DNA from: Octopus vulgaris | Taxonomy: Eukaryota | Length of the DNA stretch: 64,000 nt | NCBI GenBank assembly: GCA_951406725.2 | Contig: OX597814.1 | Span: forward strand, 7,626,001 to 7,690,000 | Reading direction: 5' to 3' | Part shown: positions 13,256 to 26,700 of the stretch, piece after piece | Position numbering within the stretch: position 1 is the first letter of the stretch | How the letters are laid out: each line of letters begins with the position of its first letter | The notes under the pieces: generated by a model | Told to the model about the DNA's origin: nothing | What the model saw: only the letters and a program-made list of their open reading frames with translations | Database searches by the model: none | Program-made: the position numbers and the translations under genes

Positions 13256-13772
13256 CTAAGAATAGACAAAAAAAAAAAGATATATATATATACATATATA
13301 TATTTATCATGCTGGGACTACTTGTTAGTACCATTCATTATTAATTGATAATTTTTTACTGTTATGGGTTTTTTTTCTTTAAGCCACTGATATTATTGTA
13401 AACAAAGATATCCTCATATATATTTAAATAACTTTTATTCACTTCCACCACCTTTTTTGAAATTTCCTGCGGCATTCAAAACAGTCATTATACACATCAG
13501 TGAGATGAATAATCTCTTAAACCCCCAGAGTTACTCAAAATGAACTAAGAGTCTTTCTCAATATTCGAAATCATGCTGCTACAGGTATGTCTAGCTTTTT
13601 CAATTTTTGATTATTGTCATCATTGGTGCGGGTTTCTAGTATCTATATTCATTTGTCCACTTTCACCTTTGTGTTTAAGTGACAATTTGTGGTTTGGTCA
13701 TTTTGACTGCTATATTTAGCATGCTGGGTACTACTTGTTAGGACCCTTAATTAATAACACACACACATTCAT

Positions 13773-14910
13773 CAGAACCACGCAAATAGCATAGGAGTGA
13801 AATATATGATTTCTTGGTTATCTGTGAATCGATTTTGATGAAACTTCTCCCAGATGCTATGGACATTGTTATGTTTCCGATATTCTGTGTACCGTCTTTT
13901 CCTTTTTTATTTCAGATTCTTCAGTTTTTGGGTGAACCATGCCAATAACTTTTGAATGAAAATAGCCCATCTAGACATTTTTTTTTTTTCCAGAAATCTG
14001 ACGGGTAATGATACATATTAAGCCTACATTGAGTATTCACTTAACAGAAAACCATAATAATATTATAACATTTATTGACATAATTAATTCTTTAGCCACA
14101 TGAGTACCATTTTGACTGATAATTTCAAAAAACTAATTAGTCAAAGATTCTGTCAATTTCTTAATAGTAGCAGGTTGGACAGCCTCTGCTGCAGCTTTGA
14201 TGGCCGCCCATAAGACATCTTTCAATGTAAGCTGGCATTCATTGGCAAAATCATCTTATTAAACGACAGACGAAAGATTTTCAAAAGGGTTGAGACCTGG
14301 AGATGCTAACAGTCACATAATCAACCTTTCACCTTGTTTGCCGTAAAACCCTAGGAATGTTTCAGTGGTCCTAACAGGGTGGGGAAGGAGCATTGTGATG
14401 CATGAATACAAGATTCCTTAGAATTGACACTGGTATATCATCTATTCAGGGATCCAAGACCTCCTTCAGTCACTTTAACCTCTTGAGGCACCCTGACTGG
14501 ACCAACATGTGTGTCCCCAGTGATACCAGCCCACAACATGACTCCTCCACCCTGTTGTTGATGCTCCTCTCCGAAATACGCCATTTGCCCAACCATCAGG
14601 TTTGTCAAGGGTCACCCTGGTTTTGTCAGTGAATAGAACACAACTCAAGTCTAATGTCGTGCATTTTGGGGCCCATAGAAGCCTCAAACTCCTGTGATGG
14701 GACATCAAAGGAGGCAGTTTCAGGGGTTCTCACATGGGAGCCATGGTCCCAAGGATACAATTTCAGGTAGCTTTCAGTACATGAGGAAGTCCAGAAACAG
14801 TGAAAATGTCTATGCTTGTTTGTCCAGGTCTCCCGCATAACTTGCAGCCTATATTCCTTAAATCCCTAGCAGTCACTGTGTTGCAGGTCCCACAATCAGA
14901 TTATTTCCTC
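13773..14910 (-). mobile_element. Inverted partial copy of the Tc1-like element at 9399-10834
   Basis: 13773-14792 is a near-identical reverse complement of ~9813-10830 (mirror ORFs 9974-10204 and 14402-14632). Confidence 0.9.
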
Positions 14911-15560
14911 CTTGGCATTCATGTAGCTAAATAATTCATCATCATCATCATCGTCATCATTTAACGTCCATTGTCCATGCTGGCATGGGTTGGACAGTTT
15001 GACTGGGCTGTCTCACTGGAAGACTGCACCTGGCTCCAGTCTGATGTATTATGTCAATAAATGTTATAATATTATTATGTTGTTATATTTCGGAATGGTC
15101 ATATTGCCAGTTTAGCCAATAAAAACACACGCACTATATATTTGGTGTTATTTTGCTTCAGTGATATTTATTTTTTACATTAATCTTAATCTTATTTCGG
15201 CCAGAGTTCTTTCCTCACACTCCTGTGACCGCATCAGTGGTCCTTTGTTTTCTTCTCACTTATTTGTGTCTCTCCTTACTAACCGTCAGCCATTTTGTAT
15301 TTCTATTGTATGTCTTCATTTGCGCATGCTTATATCTCTATGTGTGTCTATGTTTATTTAGTGTGTGTGTGGGGGGATGCCTGTAATATTTGTATCTTCT
15401 GTTTATATACATTCATGTAATTTGTATTTTGTTTTTGTTGTTGTTGCTTTTGTTCTAATTTTGTTCATGTGTTTACATCCACCCATTATTATCATTACAT
15501 ATGCTTGTATGTATGTATAACAACAATATTAGTAATAATAAAAATAAATCTAATCGAAAA

Positions 15561-15604
<44 letters not shown>

Positions 15605-15619
15605 TATACACATATACAA

Positions 15620-15659
<40 letters not shown>

Positions 15660-15665
<6 letters not shown>

Positions 15666-17650
15666 TTAGAGACAAAACCACTATTTTGCAAAACAAACAA
15701 GGAAAGACTTAATCAATACATAAAATGTTAATAAAAAGTCAAAAAAACCGCCACTACAATTGTTTCTTGTCTTGATCGACAATCTTCAGGTGGACTTCCA
15801 ATCTAAAATATCAATATTTTAAAATATAAAAATAATAATTTTAAAATAATTAAAGTATTAATGAAGAAATATAAATATATAATCTATTTATAACCTATAT
15901 ATAATCCATATATAATCAATATATAAACAATATATAAACTAAAATAAACCTATCAACAATTAAATATAAAATATAAAATATAAAATATAAAATATAAAAC
16001 AAAACAAAAAATAAACTATATATACACCCATACACCTATAACTAATTATATATAACCATATCTAAATACATACACTAAATCACACACCTATATATATATC
16101 CCTATACATACACATAAAAACGTCTAGGCAACGATAAATAAATAAAATAGCTAAATACTTCAACACAATACTTATTCATACTCCCTCACACACACATACA
16201 ACCCACATTCCCGCTCTAGAAACGGACATCACTTAAAATTATGAACGGAGAAATGGAATAAATGGAATTAAAAATTATATTCACTTGGTAAAACGAACAC
16301 TACTTAAAAATTATGAATGAAATAATGCAATAAAACAACAGACATCGCAAATAGACACAAATTACTACGAATTCCCTAACAAAACTACCATGATAAACCA
16401 AAACTCATAAAAACATATAATGATAAAATCTCCCTTTACTAAACTCTATAACATACCTATATAGCAATCCCCCTAACCTAAACATTCACACACAAATACA
16501 CACACGTAAACCACACACCCACGACATATACAAATACCCACCCCACTTACACATACCTATACATACATATAAACCTCAACATATACTCCAAAAACCCACT
16601 CAACCCCACACTGACAAATAAACACATACATCCCCAAACCTAAATAGCAAACCCATAAACACATTCACACACAAATATACATACGTAAAACACACACCAT
16701 ATACATATACATACTCACCAAACTCAATATATACAACAATATTAACACTCCCACATTCATACAGATAAACAAACTACACAACCAAAATACGCACACACTC
16801 ACACACAATCCCACATACATAAACACTCCAAAGAAAAACAACATTATTACACATAATACGATATATAAAATACATCGTAAGTAACCAGAATATCAAAAAT
16901 AACAATATGACATAAAGAGAAATAATATACATACTTTCAAGTCAGTTTCAAATTATGAAGTGAAATTAAATTCTAATCCGTTAAAAACATCAAACCAAAT
17001 TACGTTACCATAGGAACATAACTTATGTATAAAAAGAATACGCGCTATGGAAGCAAACCTCACTTAAAATTATGAATGGAGAAATAGAATAAATGGAATT
17101 AAAAATTATATACACGCGGTAAACCAACATTATTTAAAAAAATTATGAATGGATTCTTTTATAAAACTACCATGATAAACTAAAACTCACAAAAACATAA
17201 ATGATAAAACCTCCCTTTACTAAACCCTATAACATACTTATATAGCAATCCCTTTAACCTATACATTCACACACAAATACACACACGTAAACCACACACC
17301 CATAACAAATACAAACACCCACCCCACTCACACACACACCCACAAGTACATATAAGCCTCAACATATACACCAAACAAAATTACGTTACCAAGGAACTTA
17401 ACATATGTATAAAAAGTATTCCCGCTCTGGAAACGAACATCTTTTAAAAATTATGAATGGAGAAATGGAATAAATGGAATTAAAAATAATATTCACGTGG
17501 CAAAACGAACACCACTCAAAAATTATGAATGAAACAATGTAATAAAACAACAAACATCGTAAATAGACAAATTACCACGAATTCCCTAAAAAAACCATGA
17601 TAAACCAAAACTCATAAAAACATATAACGATAAAATCTCCCTTTGCTAAA

Positions 17651-17655
<5 letters not shown>
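15660..17655 (-). mobile_element. Non-coding hammerhead-bearing element with internal tandem duplications, between (TA)n tracts
   Basis: Hammerhead at 15751-15793; end motif aatagtggttttgtctctaat; block aaaattatgaatggagaaatggaataaatggaatt recurs at ~16235, ~17065 and ~17447. Confidence 0.6.
15751..15793 (-). ncRNA. Minimal type-I hammerhead ribozyme, intact core
   Basis: CCAC-CTGAAGA-TTGTC(GATCAA)GACAA-GAAAC-AATT-GTA-GTGG; palindromic ACAATTGT. Confidence 0.88.
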
Positions 17656-17709
<54 letters not shown>

Positions 17710-17828
17710 TATACATACATATACATAATACATACATATATACATAGATATATATACATATATATAGTTATTCATTTCTATTTGTTTATTTATCTGTGTA
17801 TTTATTATGTTTTCGGGATCCTCTATCT

Positions 17829-19643
17829 TCATATGTTGTGGTGTGTGCTATTGCTCCATTCTAGTTTTCTATTCAGGCTAGGTTTATTTTCTATTATATG
17901 TGTAGCTTCTGTAATTTGTCTAATTGTTGCGTCTGTTCTATGTATGGACAATATCTTAATCTCTATGTTATTGATTGATCCCCCGTGTTCCTGTTCGGCG
18001 TGTTGGTACAGAATCGATGAGCTTTTACCTTCCTTGAGTTGTCTCCAATGTTCATTCACCCACTCTCCTATGCTTCTTGCCATTTCCCCTACGTATGTTA
18101 TTGTCTTGTTACTGCATCGTCCCTCTATACATCTTATACTATAGACTACATTTCTGGCTTTACAGTTTGTTTGTGGGCTAAATCTACATATAGTGCAATA
18201 GTTATCCGTACAGGGGGTTCTACTAAAAGGATAGGTTCTACCAATTATAGATTTGATAGGGTTGCCTGGCTTTTCAACAACCTTAATTCTTAGTTTAAGT
18301 TTATCTAGGGTCCTTCTAAAGCGGTACGCCAGTTCACCTCCAGGGGTGGTGTCAACGAACATGACACTCTGGTATTTATGGCTATCATACCAAGAGTTTG
18401 CCTTCCCTATTTTCTTTTTTGTTCTTTCTATAGTGTTCCATGACTTGTTACTATAGAGTGGGCAAATCCCATTCCTATCATTACATAATATATTATCAAA
18501 TTTCTTCATGGCTCCTTTGTATACTCTGATCCTTTCTTTATGGCTGTAACCTGAGAACTGCATGTGGTGAATGAAATACTGTATGTGTCTCTTTAATTCT
18601 GTAGGCTCGCACATGCGTGACACATTTCTCATTATTCTGATGAGGTCTGCCATCAAAATATTGAATTTGGCATTGCCCACAATGGCTGAGTTCCGGTGGA
18701 TCAGGTATTTTGAGGCCATAGGTTTGGCATAGTATGAATGAAGGATTTGGGTTTTATTTTTCACAATTTCTAGCCAGAGTTCAGTGTCTAGTACTGGTAG
18801 TCTATGGTTGGGGTGTTTAGTGGGGTAGTCTATTGTGACCTTAATACTCTGGTGGATGGAGTTAGCTATTTGCTGGATGCTCTCCATAGTATTAGTTTCT
18901 ATTACTATATCAACATTACTCTCTTGTGGGGGTACCTTTACCACTATGTTGATATCATCAACATAGCGAGAGTACATGTTTACGACTATGGATTTCTGCA
19001 GTAGGCGTTCTTTAAGCCTTCTGTCCAACCATACCATGAAAAGGTTGGCCACATCACCAGCGATACTAACACCAATGGCTGCCCCCTCGTCCTGGGCATA
19101 TATTTTATTATTAAATTTAAACGTGTGGCCTTTTAGGGTAACTCTTATACTAGCTCCTAGTGCATGTGCGATCATTTTCTTTACCTGATGGACATTTGCG
19201 GGGCTCCGTATGGCTCTGGTCCATCCGCGCCATCTTTCTATATGTGTCTTCCTAGCCATAGAAGTAATTGTGGGCGGTCTACCTCTTAAACATCTACTGG
19301 GGCAGAAACTACTAAGATTATGTTTATCTAAGTATTCATTATTACATGTCAGTCTAAGTAGGAGGCCCAGTTCTTCTGTATTGACATTACAGAACTCCAC
19401 CTGGCTCTCGTTGATCATCTCCACGCATTTCTCCACTGCAAAATCTACGTCAATCGATGGGTATAGGGATACCACATCCATGCTACCTACTATACATCCT
19501 GTCAAATCACAAGTTTTGTTACAGTCACTGATCCTGCTTAGGAGATCTTCTGTGCTGTCACACACATCAGGTGACATCCTGATTATAGGGCGTATGATCA
19601 TTGAGAGGAAGTAGGAGATTCTGTAATTGCTAGCGATATTCAC
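17829..19643 (-). CDS. Penelope-like RT + GIY-YIG endonuclease ORF (604 aa, N-terminally truncated)
   Basis: SMDVVSLYPSI, GAAIG, YSRYVDDI, Cys linker, NVVYSIRC...TYVGEMARS...EH, RQITEA, PSLN. Confidence 0.92.
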   Translation of the reverse strand: MNIASNYRISYFLSMIIRPIIRMSPDVCDSTEDLLSRISDCNKTCDLTGCIVGSMDVVSLYPSIDVDFAVEKCVEMINESQVEFCNVNTEELGLLLRLTCNNEYLDKHNLSSFCPSRCLRGRPPTITSMARKTHIERWRGWTRAIRSPANVHQVKKMIAHALGASIRVTLKGHTFKFNNKIYAQDEGAAIGVSIAGDVANLFMVWLDRRLKERLLQKSIVVNMYSRYVDDINIVVKVPPQESNVDIVIETNTMESIQQIANSIHQSIKVTIDYPTKHPNHRLPVLDTELWLEIVKNKTQILHSYYAKPMASKYLIHRNSAIVGNAKFNILMADLIRIMRNVSRMCEPTELKRHIQYFIHHMQFSGYSHKERIRVYKGAMKKFDNILCNDRNGICPLYSNKSWNTIERTKKKIGKANSWYDSHKYQSVMFVDTTPGGELAYRFRRTLDKLKLRIKVVEKPGNPIKSIIGRTYPFSRTPCTDNYCTICRFSPQTNCKARNVVYSIRCIEGRCSNKTITYVGEMARSIGEWVNEHWRQLKEGKSSSILYQHAEQEHGGSINNIEIKILSIHRTDATIRQITEATHIIENKPSLNRKLEWSNSTHHNI

Positions 19644-20079
19644 TCCACAGACTGGTCTTGTTGGTGGTCCTGCTATAGGATCAGTAAAAACTTTATGGTC
19701 CTTGCGAAGTCCATACAGTGCCGGGATATCATTGTTCTAGGCTTGGAAATTATTCGCAGTACGTTTCTGGGGTCCCAGAACAATTGTCCACATCATCATG
19801 TGGGCATTGAGGACCTTTTCTCTCTCCTCATGTGCCTGTACAGTTGTTATTTTTGTATTGGCGATATGAGGTTGCATTGCCTGGATGTAGTTCGGTAAGC
19901 TGCCGGACTTATTATGGTTTTCTGTTAAATATATACTCAATGTATGATTAATATGTATCATTACTCTTCATTTACTGGGGAAAAAATGTCTACATGGGCT
20001 ACTTTCATTCACAAAAGCTATTACTATGGTTCACCAAAAATAAAAGAATCTGAAATAAAAAAGAAAGGATGTTACACAA

Positions 20080-21408
20080 GAGAAGTTTCAAGTGTGGAAG
20101 CAAAGTCTAAAATCGAAGGGCCTTAGAGTCAATCTAGCAAAAACCAAAGTCCAAGTAAGTAGGAAGTCGGATAAGCCACAAATCACTTCAGATAGATGGC
20201 CCTGCTTGATATGAAGAAAAGGCATATCTAGAAACTCCATAAGCTATGGACACATAGGAGGTACAGCAATATCAAAGGAAGGCTAACTGGGAAGATAGTT
20301 TCTGTGTGTGGTAAATGCTCAGGAGCAATAAACACTGAAAATGTGCATAGAACAGCTTCTGTCACATTCCAGGGGGAAAAACTACAAGTAGCTAATAGCT
20401 TCAATTACCTAGGTGACCAAGTCAGTAGCGGGGGAGGGTGCTCTGAAAGTGTAGCTGCTAGAATAAGAATAGCTTGGGCAAAGTTCAGAGAGCTCCTACC
20501 TCTGCTGGTAATAAAGGGTCTCTCGCTCAGAGTGAAAGGTAGATTGAATGACGCATGTGTGAGAACAGCCATGCTACATAGCAGTGAAACATGGGCAATG
20601 ACTGCTGAGGACATGCGTAAGCTCGCAAGAAATGAAGCCAGTATTCTCCGATGGATGTGTAATGTCAGTGTTCATACTCGACAGAGTGTAAGTACTTTGA
20701 GAGAAAAGTTGGACCTGAGAAGCATCAGATGTGGTGTGCAAGAGAGGGGACTGTACTGGTTTGGTCATGTGGTGTGAATGGATGAGAATAGCTGTGTGAA
20801 AAAGTGTCATACCCTAGTGGTTGAGGGAACCTGTGGAAGAGGTAGACCCAGGAAGACCTGGGATGAAGTAGTGAAATACAACCTTTGGATGGTGGGCCTC
20901 AGTGAGGCAATGACAAGTGATCGAGACCTTTGGAGACATGCTGTGCCTGAGGAGACTCAGCAGGCCAAGTGAAACTGTAACCGTGGCCTAAGCCAGTGGT
21001 GCATAACTAGCCCATTTAAGAGTACCCTTCAGTTGTTGGGCAATAAACTGCACTTGTGAAGATCTGTTGAGGCAAAGGAAATTGGTGTTCTGGCCGATGA
21101 CAATACCACCTGATTGGCACCTGTGCTGGTGGCACATAAAAAAAAAACACCATTCGAGTGTGGTCAATGCCAGTGCCAGCTGACTGGTCCCATGCTGGTG
21201 GCACATAAAAAGCACCATTCGAGCATGGTGGTCGCCAGTGTTTCCTACTGAAGCCAGTACTGCCTGACTGGCCGTCATGCCGGTGGCACATTAAAAGCAC
21301 CCATTACACTCTCAGAGTGGTTGCCTTTAGGAAGGGCATCCAGCTGTAGAACCGTCCAACCCATGCCAGCATGGAAAGTGAACGTTAAACGACGATGATG
21401 ATGATGAT
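20080..21408 (+). mobile_element. RTE LINE 3' part with 3'UTR and (GAT)n tail
   Basis: YLGDQVSSGGG, RIRIAWAKFRELLP, GRGRPRKTW; the UTR runs to gatgatgat. Confidence 0.9.
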
Positions 21409-22229
21409 AAACAAATTAGATACATCAAATATATTAAATACAGGCAAAATTGGGCTCAGCAATCCATAATAATGTTGGCTGATGGAGCTCATCACAATAT
21501 GCTGTTGTATGGATGCAAGGAGCATCGGATGAGATGATCCTGCGTCATCAGGGCAGAGAAGATCTTAATGCAGGGAAGTTCAAAGATGGAAGGATTAAAT
21601 GTGGAGAGCAGGATGCATTCGAGGGGTAGCTGGTGGAGGGGGGGAGTATTAAGACTGGGAATGGTGAGACAGGAAAAGAGGGTTCAGGGAGAGTGAGGGG
21701 TTAATAATGAGGTGGTAGTAAAGGTGGAGAGTAGGAGAATGAATAGGAGGGTAGAGTAGATAGCATTTGAATGATAGTCTGTTATGTAGGGTTTGTTAAG
21801 TTTTATGGATAATAGTTATAGAATTAGTGGGAGTTGAAATAGTGAGGAAAGGAATGGCAATTATTTGAGGGAAGTGTCTAGTTCAAAGATTACTAAGGTA
21901 TGTAGAAAGGTATGAGAGAAGAGAGAGGTGGGTGATTGGCAGTCAAGATAGTGATGGTTAGTGGAAGGGGAGTACTGAGATATGCAGAGGTGAATGAAAT
22001 TGGATAGAGCAGGTGAGTAGAGAGGGTGAGGAGTAGTATAAAGTGCTTTTGTTTGAAGAAGTGAATTAAGAGGAGAGGAGACCCCTTGTGAGAATGAGGA
22101 GTCTATGAGGGAAACGGGATGTACTGGGTTAGAGGAATTTGGAAAGCTAACAATGAGACAGAATAGTTTATTGGGAAGGGTGGTATTAGTTGAGGTAAGT
22201 TGCTAGGCTGACCTAGTCGTGCCTCAAGA

Positions 22230-23800
22230 TTAATTTTGAGTAAGGATACTTAGAGCTATGGGATTGCATAAATTTAATGAAATGGACAAATGATGAGTAG
22301 AACCTGTGTTCACAAGACAGTATTACATCTGAGAATCTATTAAGTAAAGAGGGGTTGTGGTGGTGAAGCATGGTTAGCGGTTCTCTTAAGCATAATTTTA
22401 CACATACCAATGTATGTGTTGTATGGGGGAGCCTCATCTATGATGGACCAGGATAGGGTATAGGGAACATTTTGAGAATTGACGTTGTGTATAATAAGGT
22501 GCTAAGGAGGGTGATAATTTGAAGTTGGATTGGAGAAAGTGTTCATGTGTACACGGTAGCAGCACTTTAAATCAACAATGCCACCAATATAGACCCTTGC
22601 TTGGTGGGAGCATGGTGTGATAATACAGCGCTTGAAGACTTCATATTTACACAGACAGAAACCCCCCAAGAGGGCATACTTGAGAAGTTCAACAATTTCA
22701 AGTTTTCCAACTTGTTCTGCAGTTGAAGTTTATTGTTATGGAGGTCAAACTATGGTGGTCCATTATTAGTGAGGGAGAACTTGAAGTGCAGTCTGTATCA
22801 GTATTGGATTTGGGGGAAAGGTATCACTGCTAGTAAATGTGGTCACACAGTATTGTGGGAAGATATCGTGGGAAGATATCGTGTTATTATTTAGTCGAGG
22901 GGGATACTGAGAGTTGTATTATTGCCACTAGGTGGCTTAATTTGGGGTGCAGTGTGAAAAATTGCAGGTTACAAGAATTGACATTGTAGTTTGTGTTTGT
23001 TAGAGGAGGTGATTATGGATCCCAAATTTGAGTAGGAGATTTTAACAGAGGATTTATAAAAAGATAGGTTAGTGAGAAGTTAGAGTTTAGGAGTTTAAAG
23101 AAAAGTTTAGAGAGAGATTTAACTTGAAGAGAGAATGGTGATGCAAACCATAACATCTCTCACTTCCCATACTTAAGATGTATAAAACACGTGATTGCAC
23201 CGAGTAGATCTAGATAGGGAAGCTTACAGTTACTAGAGGTTTGAAGTGGTTAGTGGGGTTATTGAGTACGATGTGAAGGTTCTTTTTTTTTTTTTTTTTG
23301 AGAGTTAATGGATTAATGTAGAGTGGAAAAAAGATCTGAAAATTCGGGGTTTGTATTAGGAAAGAAATGTGCAATTTTGATTTTAAGTTTGGTATTAGAG
23401 ATATAGGAGATATTTTCATAGAAGTTAGTTATCTGGAGAGCCTGGTTATAACAAGGGGCATGACTGCTAAAATTTTCATTTGCAGATAAGTTGGAGATTC
23501 TGATAGAAATGCCTATTAAGAGTAAGTTTAGGGTGATTTGATAGGATGTTGATATATTGTAAAGATTGATTGAGTTTATGGAAAGGCTGATATAGATTTG
23601 TATCTAAGTTCAGAATGATGTCTAAGAAATTGACTAGTTTAGTGTTACTTTTGAATGTAATACTCAGGTTATAGTTTTTAAAAAATTTGTGTAGGGTTTT
23701 CTTGGTGCATCCAACCAAGAAGCTTGAGATAATCCAGTTGCTGTAAGGAGTGCATCGTCCCTGTAGACCCCTCTGGAGAGGTTAGGGAAGTATTGTTTAA
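22230..23800 (-). mobile_element. Highly degenerate Penelope-like element
   Basis: YRDDAL RT motif (~23750), VNFLDIILNL...YINILSNHP, and a GIY-YIG remnant VYIG (~22590). Confidence 0.75.
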
Positions 23801-24699
23801 TATGGGAAAGAAGGAATTATTATATATATACATATATTTCCCTGTTACACTCAAACCTGTCATCATTTGATACAGGATAACCACCTCTAATGCCCTTCTG
23901 TTGTGGCCAGACACTTGCTTCTGTCTCTTTGTCTCCCTCTAACCTTTCATCCTCTGACACAAGTTCCCCACTAAAATGCTCTGCCCCTCTCATAATTCAA
24001 TGTCTTGTGCCAGAGCTGGTGCCACATTAAAAGCATCCAGTCCATACTGTAAAGTGGTTGGTGTATGGAAGAGCATCCAGCTGAAAAACTCATGCCAAAA
24101 CTAACTTCACCTGTGCTAGAGCCACATAAAAAGCACTGAGTCTACTCACTAACCTCTCATCTATCCCTAGTTTCTGCATTACCCACTAGATAAGGGATGG
24201 GGGGGACCCTGTTAGAGGCTTTCTCCAAGTCAGGTAAAGAAGTTTATCTTTGGCTAGGTATTTCTCCTGCAGCTGTCTTACCAGGAATATAGCATCATAT
24301 GTATTTATGTATGTATGTATGTATGTATGTATGTATGCATGTATGCATGCATGCACGCACGCATGCACACATGCAGGCAGACAGGCAGGCAGATAGATAG
24401 ACAGACACACACACACACATAGTTATCATATTATACCCGGATGGGGATTTATTCCCTCTTCACAACATTTCCATGGGCCTGAAACGACTATAGGTCCAGG
24501 CAGTAGAGGGTTGTCTTTTTCTTTTTATTATTTTATGGGTTTCAAGTGTTTTTTTAGATGTGGGTCTTGACTCAGTAGCGGGATGTTCTTGTATATAATT
24601 GTTTGAGCTTCTGCATTTCTTGGATTGTGTGTTGAGAGATATGGGAGACTATTAAATGTACCGTGATTGTGTTTCAATTTTCATAAGTCTTGAGTAGTG

Positions 24700-26640
24700 A
24701 TTGTCATGGCCTGTTCTATTCCATTGTCAACTAATGATGCTGGGTAATGTCTTTCGAGAAGAATTACCTTCAAAGAATTTACTTTATGCCATAAGGTGTG
24801 AAGGGTGTCACAAAGATTACATAGGACAAACGAGCCTTACCCTCAGAGAATGGATGACAGTCCACCACCAACAACCGAGGGACCCTACCACAAGATAGAT
24901 ACCACTTAGTGGTCACTTAAATCTCTGTGCACAAAACAAGTCCCCCAAATTCCTAGTTTTCCCACTATACCAATGCCCAGACAACACCACTGACCAAACA
25001 CGAATAGAGAAAATAAGCTTATTCAAAAATAGACCACAACTCAACATACTCTAACATACCGCCCCAAGTACACACCCACAATAAACACCCACACATACAT
25101 ATACACACATGCACAAACACAATATCCCCACACCTGAGCACAAACCCACACACATCCCAAGAAAAAACACATACATATATATACTTGCAATGATTCTAGC
25201 AACCATAACCAACACTCACATACACATATGTAAACACGTACATGCACACACTTACACACACCACCCTAACAATTACAAATCACATTCACACAAACATATT
25301 CACACATACACAGATACACACACAAACATGCAAATACAGCAAAACCCACACAAACATGTACGCATATATGCACACACACACACACACTCAAAAGAAAGAA
25401 ACACACTCATATACACATAATAAAATCCCAACAACCACAACAAACACTCACATACACACACACAATGACACACACCTCCCTGACAAATTCAAGACATATA
25501 GACACATCCACACGCATATACACACACTGTGCTAACAATACAAACAAAACAAATTGCACACACACACACGCACACACACATGCACACACACACACACACA
25601 CACCCGGAAACTATATAAACCATACCCACATATACACACGCACAAACACATACTCAGTACCAACATGCACAGAACGTACACGCAGACACATACACACCAC
25701 CCGGATAAACATAACACACATGGACACACAGAACCCCTGATAAATACAACACACTCTACACAGACACCCACACATACCCCCACACACATACATATGCACC
25801 CTCACATACACATACGGTTGCTCACATACACACACACACACACAAGGAAAATTAACACAAGACAAACATACTCAGAGACACACACTCACGTACACATCCC
25901 TACCAAGACAAAACACACAAACATACACACGCACACACAGATGCACATACACACACACGTGAAGAAACACATACACACAGCACCCAGACAAATACTAATT
26001 ACACACATACACAAACATGCACACATATACAGACATTCACACATATATACACACCATCCTACCAAATATAAAAAATACACACAGATCATATACACATGCC
26101 ACAATATACTCTGTGACCAATCAAAAATGGCCCCCACACACACAAACATAAGCACATGTATATATACACACACACATAGAGATGTGCACAGTGAAACACA
26201 CACACCATTCTGACCTCTGAGACCAGTCCTGAAAACCACTGAACCATGACAGACTAGCCCAGAAACAAAAAATCTTTTTAATTCCACATTGCTCAGAAAA
26301 ATGTCAAACAGACAGCTCAGTTATTCCTCTCCGAATTTTTGTAAACTCTTAAATATATCTCCTTCTGTGTATATATATATACTACCAAACAAACAGGATT
26401 TTTATTGAACTACTAATACCTTTTGTTGAAGACTTTCATAAATACTTTCTTGTTAACTGTTTTTAACATTTTCTTATTATTATCAAAGAATGTATAACTG
26501 TATTTTAATACTTTTGTGACAACCACTACTTAACACAACAAAAGCTTTTACATTTTACTTTTGACAATCTTTTTCTAAAAAAAAGTGAAACCGGTCAAGT
26601 GAATAAACATCTTTTAAAATTGCATTTTCAAACCTTCTTT
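24700..26640 (+). mobile_element. Penelope-like 3' fragment: GIY-YIG remnant, CA-rich spacer, terminal hammerhead remnant
   Basis: KNLLYAIRCEGCHKDYIGQTSLTLRE; low-complexity CA tract at 25050-26210. Confidence 0.7.
26557..26600 (+). ncRNA. Degenerate minimal hammerhead
   Basis: ACTT-TTGACAA-(T-run/A-run stem II)-GAAAC-CG-GTC-AAGT; palindromic ACCGGT; core mutated. Confidence 0.55.

Positions 26641-26700
<60 letters not shown>

Larger units (their letters stand above)
15080..19908 (-). mobile_element. Penelope-like element, 5'-truncated, inserted in a third Tc1 fragment
   Basis: 8-bp duplication TTATTATG (15072-15079 and 19909-19916); Tc1 sequence at 15048-15079 resumes at 19917-20070. Confidence 0.75.

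Noticed and set aside
13256-13334. N-terminal part of ORF 12990-13334 as a single-exon gene
   Set aside because: It is intronic polypyrimidine/TA sequence upstream of the AG acceptor at 13257-13256.
17805-17836. ATGAAGA...CCCGAAA at the Penelope stop codon as a hammerhead
   Set aside because: Core mismatch, poor stem II and no GUH site.
21440-21560. Minus-strand CTGATGA near the 3' side of the degenerate Penelope element
   Set aside because: No matching stem II closure or GAAA found.
25041-26287. His/Thr-rich and Cys/Val-rich ORFs
   Set aside because: Translations of CA/TG low-complexity sequence.
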